Source: Paragordius varius (taxonomy: Eukaryota; Animalia; Nematomorpha). Taken from it: 64,000 nt of DNA. Shown here in pieces: positions 1 to 13,245 of this stretch (its first letter is position 1; every line of letters starts with the position of its first letter). Under the pieces are notes generated by a model. The model saw only the letters and a program-made list of their open reading frames with translations, did not search any database and was not told the origin of the DNA. Location: the NCBI GenBank assembly GCA_964247055.1, contig OZ176050.1:4030001-4094000 (forward strand), in the 5' to 3' direction. Position numbers and translations under genes: made by a program.

Positions 1-639
1 ATACAATGCTAATAGATTCCCATAATTGTAAATTTATTTATTGATCGATATATTGTCTATTCATTTGACTAAACACTAAATAAGATAATTAATAAATAAA
101 GATTTATTTAATTACATTTGCTTAATTATTTCTCTTAATTTTTTTAATTAATTGGCTCAAAATTATTATAGAAGCATGCAGGTAAGGGAAAATAATTTTA
201 CAGCCAAGTATTTTTAAATAAATTCTATTGAGTAAATGTGCCATAATAATCTTTTGTATTTCATTAATTGTTGACTTAGTTGGTTGACACAGTTGTTTTG
301 GTTATTTTTAAAAAAAATTTCTAGCTTTGTGCAGCGAAAACGCACTCTCACCTCTGAGTTTGAGGTTCAGCTATAAGGGCATATAGTTGGTAAAAAAACC
401 TGCCAAATTATTTAAAACCATAGAAATATTGAACAATTACAAGAATGAATGATATCACTATGAAACGACCTAAAAACACCACAAATATTTCAACATCTAT
501 GTTAATGAAAATTTTTAATAACAATATTTTTATTTCTACTAATAAAAATTATAATAATATATATACAAATAAAAAATGGGACCATCCAACAAACAACACC
601 AAAGTTAAACCAAAATATAGAAACTAAAATAAGATAAAT

Positions 640-3580
640 ATAAATGATTCCATCCCTAAGCTCAAAATTGGTACTTGGAATGTTGGTACTATGAACGAAA
701 AATTATGGATGGTTTTAGACAATCGAAAAATTTGGCGTAGATATGTGCTGCCTCCAAGAAACAAGATATAAAACATCAGGTCTAAAAAATTTAAAAGGCC
801 ATACATTATTTTTTACCGAAGGAAAGCAATCTCAAGCTGGAGTTGCAATAATAATAAAAAATGAACACAGAGATAACATTCTTCAAATTACTAGGCACAG
901 CGACAGAATTATACAAATCAGATTGTTAATCCAAAATTCAATATACAATATAATCTCATTGTACGCGCCTCAACGTGGCCTTCCCGACGTAATTAAAGAG
1001 GCTTTCCGGACCCAATTGCAGAACATCTCATTCAAAATTCCTACATCCGACAAAATCATTATAGCTGGCGATTTCAACGCCCATATTGGCAGCAACGAAG
1101 GATTCAAAGGATTGCATGGTGGTTATAGCTTTGGCTCAAGAGATAAAGAAGGAGAAACTCTGCTCGAATTTTGCTCATCTATACAACTCCATATTGCTAA
1201 TACCCTTTTCACCATAAAAGACAGCAAACTGATTACCTATACATCAGGCTCACAAAAATCAACAATCGATTATATATTAACAGGAGAAAACCTGAGGCAT
1301 CTGATTCTAAATACAACTACTTATAATACGGATACACAACACAAATTACTTGTAAGAACATTAAAATTAAAAAAATTCAAACCTACACCACAACCATTCC
1401 AACCCAAAATAAATACCTCCAAACTAAAACACACAGAAATAAATAATAATTTTGTTAGTAGTACAACAAACTAAATAAAAATGGATTTTCAATCAGTAGA
1501 GGAAGGATGGAAAAACTACAAACAAACGATAATGAATAATGCTGAAAAATGGTGTGGAAGGAAAAAGAAAAGCTCGCGACAACCCAAATGGTGGTGGGAT
1601 GACAGTGTGAAACCCTTACTCTTGAGAAAAAACGAGCTACATAAAAAATGGAAGAAATCAAAAAATATAAAGACCAAATCATATACAATCAATATAAAAA
1701 ACTGGTAAACAAAATTATTAAGGATTTAAAAAATAAACGTTGTATGGAAATGGCGGACGAGCTGGAAAAGGACATAAATAATATGACAATATTTACAAAA
1801 ATCAAAAACTACAATCAAAACCAAAAGGATATTAAAAATATTCGTTGCGTTAAAGATGATGAACATAATATTCTTATCAATCCCAACGATGTAATAAACA
1901 GATGGGAAAAATTTATGAAAGCTAAATTTAACCTCTCTGAATCTAAGGTTACTACACATGAAAATTCTGTCATACAAGGTCTCATTCAGGAATTCACTCC
2001 AGAAGAAATAGCAATAGTAATGAAAAACATAAAATCTAACAAATGGGCCTTCTGAGATCTCTGCAGATTTAATGAGGGCCACACCAATAACTGTTAAATT
2101 TTTGGTAGAGCTGTTTAATTTGGTATACAAAAGCAACACAATACCAACCGATTGGGACAAAAGTTACATTTACCCCGTTTATAAAAATAAAGGAGATGCC
2201 CTTGATTGCTCCAATTACCGCCCATTAAAATTTTTGGAGCACGGTATGAAAATCTTAGAAACAGTTATCAAAAATAGAATTAAAAATATAACAATAAATA
2301 AAAATCATTTGCTTTTCAAGAAGGTAAAAGCACATCGGAACCCATTTTTATTTTAAATCGCCTACAAGAAAAATACCTAGCAAAAGGTCAAAAACTGTTC
2401 CACATCTTTATAGATCTGGAAAGAGCGTTTGACACTATACCCAGAGATCTCATAATTGAGGCATTAAGGTATCAAAAAATCGAAGAATATTTAATAACAT
2501 TAATAATGCTCCTGTATGAACATGCACAAAGCTGCGTTAAAACACCAGTCGGGAACACAAATTATTTTAATATTAATATAGGCCTCCATCAGGGCTCAAC
2601 TCTAAGCCCACTACTATTTATAATAATAATGGATTACATAAGCAGAGACTTCGCAGCTGTTCCACCATGGAACATGCTGTACGCCGACGATTTGGTTATA
2701 ACAGCAAAAACAGCCCATGAACTGAAAATACCTTAAATGGAACTGTTTCCAAAAACATGGGCTAAAAATAAACATAGAAAAGACGAAGGTAATGATCACA
2801 GGATATGAAAAAAGAACCATAAAATACCCTTGCTCCATTTGTTACAACGAGGTTAAAACAAATTCCATTCTATGTACATCGTGCAAAATGTGGGTCCATA
2901 AAAAGTGCTCTAACTTGAAAGGAAAATTAGTCGACAATAAAAATTTTAAATGCGAAAGCTGTATATCAGAGAAACCAAATATCTCTAAATCTAGGGAGAT
3001 TAGTATCGAAGATTGTAGGTTCGAAATCGTCAACGATTTTACCTATTTAGGTAATATCAGTAATAATAATGGGGACCCTCAAACAACCATATCACATAGA
3101 ATCAAACTCGGCTGGGCAAAATTTAATCAACTCAAATATGTATTGACACATAAAGACATAACCGTAAAAAATAAAATCAAAATGTATAAAGTGGGTGTCC
3201 GCCCTACCCTTACCTACGCTAGCGATCCCTGGGCAATCACAAAAACATTAGAATCGAGATTGAAAAGAACAGAAGATAAAATGCTTAAATATATGATGAT
3301 AAATTCTACCATTGAACTAGAACCAATAACAGCTTTTATCAGAACAAATAGACTTCGGTATTTTGGACACATAGACAGATCCAGTATAGACTCATTTGCA
3401 AAGGAAATTCTTGATTTACAGATTCCTGCCCCCAACCGTAAAGGGAGGCCTAAAACAACTTGGACTCAAATCATAGAACAAGATTTTAAATTCCTGAACA
3501 TACCTCGAAACGCAACAAATGATAGGGACATATATCGTAAATTAATCCATGGAATCCCAATAACTGGGCCAAACCAATAA
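640..3580 (+). mobile_element. RTE-clade non-LTR retrotransposon (APE endonuclease + reverse transcriptase + PHD-like Zn finger), decayed by stops and frameshifts
   Basis: APE motifs KIGTWNVGTM (~665), CCLQET, IIAGDFNAHIG and STIDYIL. RTE linker PKWWWDDSV. RT motifs YKNKGDALDCSNYRP, GLHQGSTLSPLLF and MLYADDL. C-terminal LRYFGHI..RKGRPKTTW. The reading frame is broken into at least 6 pieces (743-1474, 1481-1708, 1648-2055, 2072-2356, 2506-2736, 2792-3580). No TSD found. Confidence 0.93.
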
Positions 3581-4097
3581 TACCTATTTCATATTAAAAA
3601 TCTTTACCAAACCTAGAACTATAGAAATTTAATACAAATATAAATTGCTGTCGTTCTGAATTAAAATTTAATTTTCAAAGATTATTAATTCGTAAACCAT
3701 TTGCATTCCTAATTTTTCCAATTTTAATTTAGGACACGGTTTATATTATTTTTGTAGAAATTAATGATTGTCAGCACAATTTTATTTATATATGTTTAAC
3801 TGTTATTAATGAATATAAAATTTTAGGCATTGGACTTCAAAGGCAGAGTTTGTCTGTTTTTGAACATCATCTATTTACTATTTATATATTTTACCTTTAT
3901 TGAATTTTTTTTCAAAAACTCAAAAAAACGAGTTGGATGGACACAATATAAAAGAACTTGCAAGTTGCAAGCTTAAAGCAAAGAGTTCTATGGCTTTACA
4001 GGTTATTTCACATGTCCACTCTTAAGAGCGAACATATAAGAATAAAATGGTGAAGTAATCATAGCTTTAATTAGTTTTTCTAAATCTATTATAACAG

Positions 4098-6916
4098 CAA
4101 GGAGATACTGATTTTAGTCATCTTACGATCCATGAAAACACTTTCGTTTCCGACAAAATAAAGGTTAATCATAAAAATAATTTATCGAAGGGAATTTACT
4201 ACCAAACATTTCATAGATTAAAGGTAGCAAGTATTATAACAAATCAAAAGGATTTTTTAAATATATTCACCCACACCTAAGGCCCAAATTGTATCGTTTA
4301 ACACATTAATCGAACAATCTTTTCTATTTTTACATTTGATATAGCCTGTCCTTTTTATATGTCTATATTCGATTTGATTTTACCTGCTAACAATGGTTGG
4401 GCCATCATTTCATTGGTGATCGTTGTCATTTTATTAATTTATTTTTACATCATCTATTCTTTAATTTTAAGTTTAAGCCGTGCTTGGAAAAGGGTATATT
4501 AATTTTATTATAACATCACATTATCAATTATATTTTTTGTGTAAACATAGTTTTTTCAATGCCCGATTTCATGCATATTATAATTGTTTCGTTTAAATAA
4601 CATATATAAACAACTCAGTGTGACTCGTTATGATTGCATTTGTAATTGAGATTAGCTTAAAAAATTACTGTCAATTTTTTAAAGATCTTTTCATGTATAA
4701 TTTTAAGCAATTTTAACTAAGAAATACGAATTTTATTTATTGGCCTAACATATATAATATAGAGATTAATTAATTGGTTATGAACATATAAGACTTCCAG
4801 GCCGTCGTTCAGTTTTTATTATTTAGGTTAAACTTTAAACACATCAATATGTCAAATGAATCAATTCTTATTATTATAATTAATAATTTTGGAGACATTA
4901 ATTTTTGCATAATGATAGAAACAAAATGTAGTTTTCGATTACGGCAAATGGATTAAGGAATGGACGTTAAAAACCAACTTCTCATCAGATACCACTCAAA
5001 ACCTAAATATTTGGTCCAAATTTAAAATAACTTTGGCATATATCATGTTTTGTTTTAGAAACTATCACTTGGCTTATTCATTATTTCATCGTCGTTATGC
5101 CCAATGTTATAACAAATTGAGAGAGATTGAAAGTATACATCTCAGAATAGGACATGTTACTATAGTGACCAACCTTATATTTAACATTTTAGCCATATCG
5201 GTTAACGTTGTAATCGATTACGAATCGTCTCTATTAAACGCCCAAACTAATTTAAATACATCGAGTAAAACAACATCAAATTATTTTGGAGTTAGCCCCA
5301 GTAATGAAACCACTGCTACGCTAATAATGAACATATCACCCAAAACAAGTTATGGACAATCATTTCTCAATAATATGAACTTGTTTTTTCTCCCTGTAAA
5401 ACAATATTTTAAAGATGTGTCAAAAATCATGAAAAAGCCATACGCCGTTACATTCTATACCAATATCATACTATTTGTTGGTTTATGTTGCTTAGGAAAC
5501 CAATTATTTTATTATATAATCAGACATGTTCGGCGTAAACTCCATCTGTCCCATGATGTTTCCTTAACTGAGGACATGCATACAGTTTTTTCAAAGGTAT
5601 GCCCTTGCTTAACTGTTGCACATAAAACAGCTCAAAAAGATATACCATACATTAATTGTTACCCAAAGCTTAAGGAGGAAAAACGAATCACGTCTCTCAC
5701 AGACATAAATGTTTTCAAAGGAATCGATGGAAAAATCAACATCTTCCGCAAATCTTCTATTGATAGGTTAGCCCTTCAAAATAAGTATGAGGCTGGGAAG
5801 TTATCAGTACCATTAATAAATAAAGGAGACGAATCACAAGATATACTTGCAAAATCTTCCTCCAGTGTTAGAGATGCAAGGAAAAGTCAAACATTGTTAA
5901 CATCATCAACGTTAAATCATGAGTTATCAAATGATTCGATTTCCTACTATGAGGGCACTCTTATGCAACGAATTCTAGCTTTACAAAATGAACAATTAAG
6001 TATCAGTCCTGAAGCAAACCAACAACATGCACCTGTTTGGGATCAAGATATAGAATTAGAAGAATTCCTCTGCAAGTATATTACGAATCGGGTCCTTATT
6101 AACCCCGAAAGGATTTTATCTGATAATTCGATTTGCGATGCTACAGAAAACCCTGAGAGTTATTTTAAAACTATGCAACATAGATATTCCTATAAATATC
6201 TATATTACATTGTGGTAACTCGAAATTATTTAATAAAAAATATTATCCCAGCCATTGATTATGTCAAATGTACCAAACTTTGTGATATCTGGATTCAAGA
6301 GCTTCTAACAGTTTGTAAAACTAGGATGACAAACGGCAAATCTAACAACTCTAAAGAACAAACAATCAATTTGAAATCTGCGCTGGATGAAATATTCGCA
6401 AACGTAGAACTGTTAAATAATAAATATCTTGAAACTAATGAAACATCTAAAAGCAAAGAAAAATCAAGTATTCCACGACTATCATTGAAACATATCGTAA
6501 ACATTAAAACAAATAATGAAACCGACAATACTAGCAAACCTCAAAATAATAAGTGGGTGACTCTGCTAGGAAAAGGTGTGGGGGTTCGATCACCCTCAAT
6601 ACAGATGGAATTTACGCCTTTAGTTCATTATATAGTACTAATTTTAAATGGATTCTCTATTGCATACTGTATATATGTCATATACTACATAGGGTTTGAT
6701 TGGCCAAGTATATATTCCGTGGTTTGGCTTATTTATGCCACTTTTACCATATTAATAGCATTGTTTATAATAGATCCGTGTATTATTTGTTTATACCTTT
6801 TGCTTATCCTTTTCATGAAATGCACTCTAATTTTATATAAAATGGCTGTAAATCATAAACCGACACTTTCCAAAGCTAGGGCCCGCAAAAGAAGTCGATT
6901 GTACAGTTTGGAATAA
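4098..6916 (+). CDS. Polycystin-1 (PKD1-like) family membrane protein, partial model; the long terminal exon is 4919-6916
   Basis: An open frame runs from acceptor TAG|4919 to TAA at 6916. VVFDYGKWIKE resembles the end of a PLAT domain. FRNYHLAYSLFHRR resembles the post-PLAT HLWxSxF motif. The C-terminal hydrophobic cluster YCIYVIYYIGFDW..SVVWLIYATF..LFIIDPC resembles PKD1-like TM3-5, followed by KPTLSKARARKR. Putative upstream exons carry HLT (GPS-like, ~4098-4163) and a TM segment (~4350-4494). The 5' structure is unresolved and the family call rests on remembered motifs. Confidence 0.55.
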
Positions 6917-7800
6917 ATAGATATGATAGATATTTATCTTTAACTGGTTTACCTTTAAATATTTAAAGCACAGCTATAAAAAAGAAAAGTTACATAGTGT
7001 AGTATAATGCCTTAACAATTTTGAGTAAAATAATGTGAATTATGGGACTATATGGAATATTTAATAAAAAATATGGACGCAAAAATAAAATTTTATTAGG
7101 ATAATCACCATTTTTTAACAATAAAACGGCCATTTTTTCAAAATGTTATACAATGTGCGTTTTTTCGGAGTTATCCCTACGATTGGTGCGAAATAAACCT
7201 TGTGGCGCATTATTTCAAAACTACATATATATGTATGTATGGATAAAGCTAATTTTAAACATTTTTTTGCATAAATTATATAAATAATTATAAAACATAT
7301 TAAAAATATGACTTCTTTGTAAATTTTTGTGCAGTTCCGCCTAATAGAGGTTTAATCGTACTTCTTAGCCGACATAATTGATAAATCATTTATATTTTAA
7401 TTAACATAAGGTGTAAAATAATTTCAAATTTATGGAATTAGGACCGTCTTTAATATCGGCTTTCTAATTCGGCCGTAAATTTACGGGGTAACTAACACTT
7501 GTCAAAATATCAAAATTACTCAAGAAAAACCACAACATTGCGAATTAAAAACCGTTGAAATAATATGGGTGGGGTTGATCGATATATTTATTACTAATTA
7601 TATTTAACAAACTTTCGGTATAAACAAAATTATGTTAGAGATGTGCCAATCAATAAGATTAAAACATTAGCTTGAAGCAAAAAATATTATACAAATTTTC
7701 ATCATGATGCTCTTAATTATGCAAAAACATGAAAATTCCGATGTATTTTAGACGTCGTTCATCTAGTCTAGATGGATCCCCGACTATGTTACCGTATATA

Positions 7801-10318
7801 TAAGGTGACCAGACGTCCCGCTTTTTCACACTTTGTCCCGCGTCCCGCTACGTTTTTAAAATGTTCCGCTTTTTCACGATTATATAAAAAAAAAATTTTT
7901 AATACAAATAAATTTTATCATTAAATATTTTTTAATTCTATATAAATTTTAAATTAATATTTATTTTTTTCGAAATATGATTATACATTTTCCTTCCTAC
8001 TACTACTGTCATCAATATCAAATAGCCAAGTTAATACCACAAATCTCTAGATTAAAAGACAAATTGATACCACAAATCGGTACCTCACGCTGTTAATCAC
8101 AATCATTCCTTTAGATCTATGGACTGTACCTCACAAGTTATTTGCACGTTATTACATAAAAAATTTACATGTGCCCGTACAAAGGCTGAAGCCATTGTGT
8201 GTAATGTCCTTTCGCCACATGCATTTTCTAAAATACAAAAAGATTTACTGAAAATTAATTTCTTATCCCTATACTCTGATGCATCAAATCACCATGAAAC
8301 AAAATTATTTCCCACTTTAATAAGATATTTTGATTCAGAAACCGGAGTAAAAAATTTTAGATTTAATTTCTCTACCCGGTGAAAATTCATAAATAATATT
8401 TACTTCAATAATGCATATTCTAGAAAAAAATAATTTAAAAGAAAAAATTATCGCATATTGCGCTGATAACACCAATACGAACTTTGGTGGAAAAGCAAGG
8501 AGGGGAACAAAAAATATTTTTCATAAATTAGCAGATAATCTTAATCAAAACATTATTGGCGTTGGGTGTGCAGCGCATATAATACACAACGCTATTCAAA
8601 CAGCTGCTGATTTGTTACCCCTAGATGTGGAAAATGTAGTTGTTAAAATATATTCCTATTTTTATATATACACGGTACGTGTTGAAACGCTTAAAGAATG
8701 TGAAAATGCAGAAGTTCAATATCAAAAAATGCTTGGATATTGTAAAACTCGTTGGTTAGCTTTTATGCCAGCTATCAAAAAATTTTTAAAAATGTATGAT
8801 CCTTTAAAGTCTTTTTTTATCAAAGGACAAATGTCCTACAACTTTAAAAAAGTTTTTTGAAAGTGATTCTTCTAAAATATGGTTAGAATACTTACATAAT
8901 CAGGCTTCTCTCTTTCAAAATGTTATTAAATTTATAGAAGGTGATAAAATTTCGGCAATCGAAGTAGCCGATGAAGTAACCTAAAATTCCATGTCAAGAA
9001 CGGTTAGAAAATAATTTTATACCATTAACCATCCGCAATATAATAAACTATTTAGAAAAACAAGGCTTAATAAATCGCCAAGATATCCTGTACCATATAA
9101 AAATGTTTTATACAAACTGTAAAGATTATTTGGAAGACTGGACGACGCAATTCAATGAAATTGATGATTTTCATTGGATAACACTAAAATCAGAATTTAA
9201 TTGGTGCGATGTTCAAAAATCATTTGATTATATCTGCTTCCAAAAATGTTCAAAAAGTAATCTTTCAGAAAATGATCTTTTTTCTGAAGTATCATTAGTT
9301 AAAAGATATATTAATTATGAAAAACTTAAATTATGGACAAAAGAAAAATATACAGTAGAAAAGAAATGGTTGGAAATATTTCATCATTTTGAAGCCAACT
9401 ATATTACATACAATTATATTTTAAAAATTGTGGAATTTGCACTATCTTTACCTGGAACCAACACTGCTACTGGGCGCGTTTTTTCCACAGTAATCAGGTG
9501 TGGACATAGGAAAAATCAAATTTAAATGTTGAAACTTTAAAGGCCGTTTTATCTGTCAAATATAATTTGACAAATTCTTGTGAAGACTTCTACAATATTA
9601 TAAAAAATGATGACAATCTGCTAAAACTCATTCACTCAAACAAAAAATATACCAAAGAATAAAATATTTTCTTATATTTATAAAGTTTTTATGTTAAAAA
9701 ATAAACAAAATTACTCAAAATATTGTATAAGTCTTCATAATTTGTCAAATTATATTTGAACACATAAAATGGCACTTATTCAACATTTAAATTTGATTCC
9801 TTGTCCTTACTTAATTTACTGTGGAAAAACGTGTTCAATAGCAGTGGTTCAGGTAAAGATAATGCAAATTCTACAATTAAAATATTATTGTATGGAAAAT
9901 AATTGTTTAATAATGTTTATTTTAACCATTTCTATCCTACGTATTTTTTTCTGTTGTCCATAATATAAGTTTTCATTCAATATATTTATTTAATAATGAG
10001 ACTTCATAAAAAAGTGTCATTGTGCACCGTCTTGTGCCGCTTTCTGCATCACCCAGCGCACTTTGTGATGATTTCGTCTTTATTATTTTTTTCTAGATAT
10101 TACAATCACTTCACCCTTTGTTAGTGCACATGTAAATTTATTGAATAAGGTACAAACAACCTGTAAGGTACAAATTTTTTTATATTTATAATGTATTTCT
10201 GTTAAAAATAAATAAATATAACAATAAATTTTTTGTATAAAATTTTTTGGTTGTACCCCCCAATGACCCCCCTCTCAGATTTGTCCCGCTTTTTCTTTTA
10301 AAAAATCTGGTCACCTTA
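7801..10318 (+). mobile_element. hAT DNA transposon, Blackjack-like, with a defective transposase
   Basis: TIRs TAAGGTGACCAGA (7801) and TCTGGTCACCTTA (ends 10318). Exact 8-bp TSD CGTATATA at 7793-7800 and 10319-10326. Subterminal GTCCCGC repeats. Transposase fragments: DASNH..LFP, CADNTNTNFGG, GCAAHIIHN, KTRWLA, LSLPGTN..ERVFS-like. Confidence 0.93.
8119..9660 (+). pseudogene. hAT transposase remnant (N-terminus missing, several frameshifts and stops)
   Basis: ORF pieces 8119-8382, 8411-8860 and 9103-9525 carry successive hAT catalytic and dimerisation motifs. Confidence 0.85.
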
Positions 10319-11029
10319 CGTATATATCATGCATGGTTTGCCAATAAGGTCCAATAAACATCTTTAAAAATTTGCTTAAAATTAATGATTTTTTAAAAAA
10401 GCTATAAGACTATATAAAGTGAATGAGTAACAAAACTTGATGATGTTACTTTAGAGACATGTAAAAGGTTTAAATATTGTGCAACCTAATTGTAATAATT
10501 GTTAAAAAATGGATAACTAAAATAAAATCAAAAAAATACTATTTCCGTAATTACAATAATCATTTTACAACGATCAATTTTATTTATTGGATCAATTATG
10601 ATGGCTTCTTATTTTTTTAAATTATTTACAGAGCCTTTTGCGCACTATTGTAAAAAATATAGGTATATAATCAATTAATCATAAGTTAAAATCATTTTGT
10701 CTCAAATATTTTAATTATTAATCTTAAAGTATAGCAAAAGCGGTATAAAAATTGAAGATATAAGTTTATTTATTAGATCTTTAGGCATGAATACAATTAA
10801 AAAGCAATATTTAGGCAGTTCAGAAATTTATATATTTATAAAAATGGAAAATGCTGTTGTGATCTGATTCTGCCGGTAAACCCATTCAAATCCAAAAAAT
10901 ATAATCATTAATAAATGCCCCGACAATAGCTTCGCCCTTTTTGAATTAGGCCCCCGGGCCCTCTCCGTGTGAAAAACGGGTTCTTTTGAGACAATATTCC
11001 CGAAAACGTGTTGGATCATTCGATTTCAA

Positions 11030-12420
11030 ATATGATTTTTTTACTTATTTTCGATCGCGTCGAACATAGGCGGCTCGCTTTTTTAATTTAGGCGTATTTT
11101 TACCCGCTCCCCCGTAAAATGCTATTTAATTAAGTCCACCAAAATAACTTTTTGAATCTATGAGGATTCCAGGTATTCCTTGAAAAAAGGCAAACATTTT
11201 AGTCGTGCGTTTTTTTATAGTGACTGCTGGGTAAGGAGATACCCGCTAAAAACTGCCCCGTCATATCAAAATAGCGTGCCTTTGTGGTTGAATTTCAGAA
11301 AACCTATCAGGCCCTATGAATCCAATAGGTGCTTAAAATATTACCCGTAACAAGGCAAAAATTTAGGTCGTGCGGTTTTTAAAAATTAACCGTTATTATG
11401 TGCTTCACGCCTGAAAAATGTGCCACCATAGAAGGATTTTTTAGTTTTGATGCAATTTTTCCAAAAACGAATGAGAGCATATGATATCAATCATGATTCG
11501 AGGTATTCTCCGTAAAAAAGCAAAAAATTTAATCAAGCGCTTTTTTGCATCAGCCTCTGGGCGGGGAGCTACCCGCCTAAAACTGCACCATTATACGAAA
11601 TTGAATTGTTTAAAAGTTATTTTAGAAAAAACTTATTAGGCCACATATGTTTAATAGGGCCTAAAATATTATCCGTAAAAAGGGAAAAATTTAAGTCTGG
11701 CGGTTTTTAAGCCGTTGACTAGGCCCTTTACGCCATAAAAAATGCGCTATCTTTGAATGACTTGTTTGAGGCAATTTTTTGAAAATTCTACCAGAGCATA
11801 TGGAATCAATTAAGATTCCAGGTATTACCCGAATTAAGGCAAGAATTTTAATCGAAGCGTTTTTTTGTTTCGCCTCTGGTTAGGGATATGCCCGCGTAAA
11901 ACTGCGTATATCGATACAAGCCAAATTTCAGATAACCTATGAGACTAATAGGAACATATGGAACCATGATAACTCCCGACCCCATATAAAGGCAAAAATT
12001 TTGCCCAAAGCTTTTATTATACCTGCCCCTGGGTAAAGAGCTACTCGCCAAAAACTGAGCCACTACATAAAAATTGCATTGTTTTGGAGCTAATTTACAG
12101 AAAATTTATGAAGCCTAATGAGCTAATTAAAAGCTAAAAATATTACCCGTAACTAGGTAAAAAAGTCAGGCGTTTTTTAGCCGTTAATTTTGGGCCTTTA
12201 TCCTAAAAATATGCCATCATAAAACGATTATTTAGTGTTAAGGCTTTTTTGAATAACTCATGAGACGATGGTATCAAAGATGATTCCAAATATTTGCCCT
12301 AAAGAATTTAACTCAGCGCTTTTTCCATATAAGTCTATGGGTAGGGGTCTACCGGTTTGAAACTGAGACGCCATACAAAAAGGGTGGTTTTAGGGAAAAA
12401 AACATAAGAAGCCATACGAG
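11030..12420. repeat. Diverged tandem array of ~8 units of ~150-165 bp with a dimeric ~330-bp higher-order pattern
   Basis: The anchor (TATTACCCG)..AAGGCAAAAATTT..GCG(G)TTTTT recurs at ~11187, 11352, 11518, 11680, 11836, 11989, 12154 and ~12300. Alternate units begin GATTCCAGGTATT-like (11165, 11497, 11814, 12282). Boundaries are approximate. Confidence 0.75.
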
Positions 12421-12697
12421 TTCAATTAAACACATTTCTGGGGTTCCTTAAAGGTACCACAAACGATTTATATATCCCTTGATCCAAGCTGTGTGAACAC
12501 AATTTTGTTTTCGTAAAATAGAAATCTTAAATAAATCCAATGATGGTTGAATATTAACTTTAATAAGGGATTGTTTAATTATGGTCAATTTCGAGTAAAC
12601 AATATTTGAGCCTATGCATAAACCCCTGATATTAAATATGTTTTTTTTTCTCCATTACCTCTATTTATGCAAATTATTAAAAATAATTAATGAGACT

Positions 12698-12729
12698 CCG
12701 TCACAGTGAAGCGTGACAGGGCCAGCTAG
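12698..12729 (+). mobile_element. Helitron-type 3' terminus (GC-rich hairpin + CTAG)
   Basis: The CCGTCAC-agtgaagc-GTGACAGG hairpin is followed by GCCAG, then CTAG and a T. This matches the canonical Helitron 3' end. The 5' end was not identified. Confidence 0.55.
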
Positions 12730-13204
12730 TATTATTATAATTTGTTGATACTAAATTTGTTCAAACTCTAGTACTTCGGAACATTGTTTTCACGGAGATA
12801 ATATTTAAAAATTAAGTCGATTGGGCCAAATTTAAAGCCATGCATTCTATGGATTTATAGAAGCATTATACACAAAAATATTGTTTGAGTTTAATTCTAA
12901 ATTGAAATAAAAATTAAAAATATTGATAATTTTTTTTAACGTGTGTTTATGATTGGATTAGCGAGCTAACCAAATATATCTTAGAATTCTTACATTAGAA
13001 TATATTCAGATTATTACTAATATATATTTTGGTATACTTTTAATTTTTTAGTCTTCGGGGTGGTAACATTGTATTCTAGGTTTAACCTATCATGGCCAGT
13101 AACTATTAAATCCGAACCTTAGCAAGCTCGAAATCAAAAATGCGGGAAATTCGTTAGTTTTATGAGCAATACAAAAGATGTCAGAAATTTCAAATTAAGA
13201 TTGA

Positions 13205-13208
<4 letters not shown>

Positions 13209-13242
<34 letters not shown>
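13209..13242. repeat. (AT)n microsatellite
   Basis: Pure AT dinucleotide run. Similar runs occur at 20446-20472, 44611-44663 and 59392-59432. Confidence 0.95.

Positions 13243-13245
<3 letters not shown>

Noticed and set aside
445-627. 60-aa N/K/T-rich ORF upstream of the LINE endonuclease
   Set aside because: Low complexity with no motif. It may be part of the LINE 5' region but cannot be supported as an ORF1.
1455-3435. Minus-strand ORFs overlapping the LINE, transposases and exons (e.g. 1726-2160, 6295-6537, 15533-15907, 41539-41778, 51031-51252)
   Set aside because: They are antisense shadows of real coding frames, with no independent motifs.
6911-6917. Stop codon overlapping AATAAA in the PKD1-like gene (and in METTL1 at 35764-35769, minus strand)
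   Set aside because: AATAAA is expected frequently by chance at this AT content, so two cases are not evidence of a system.
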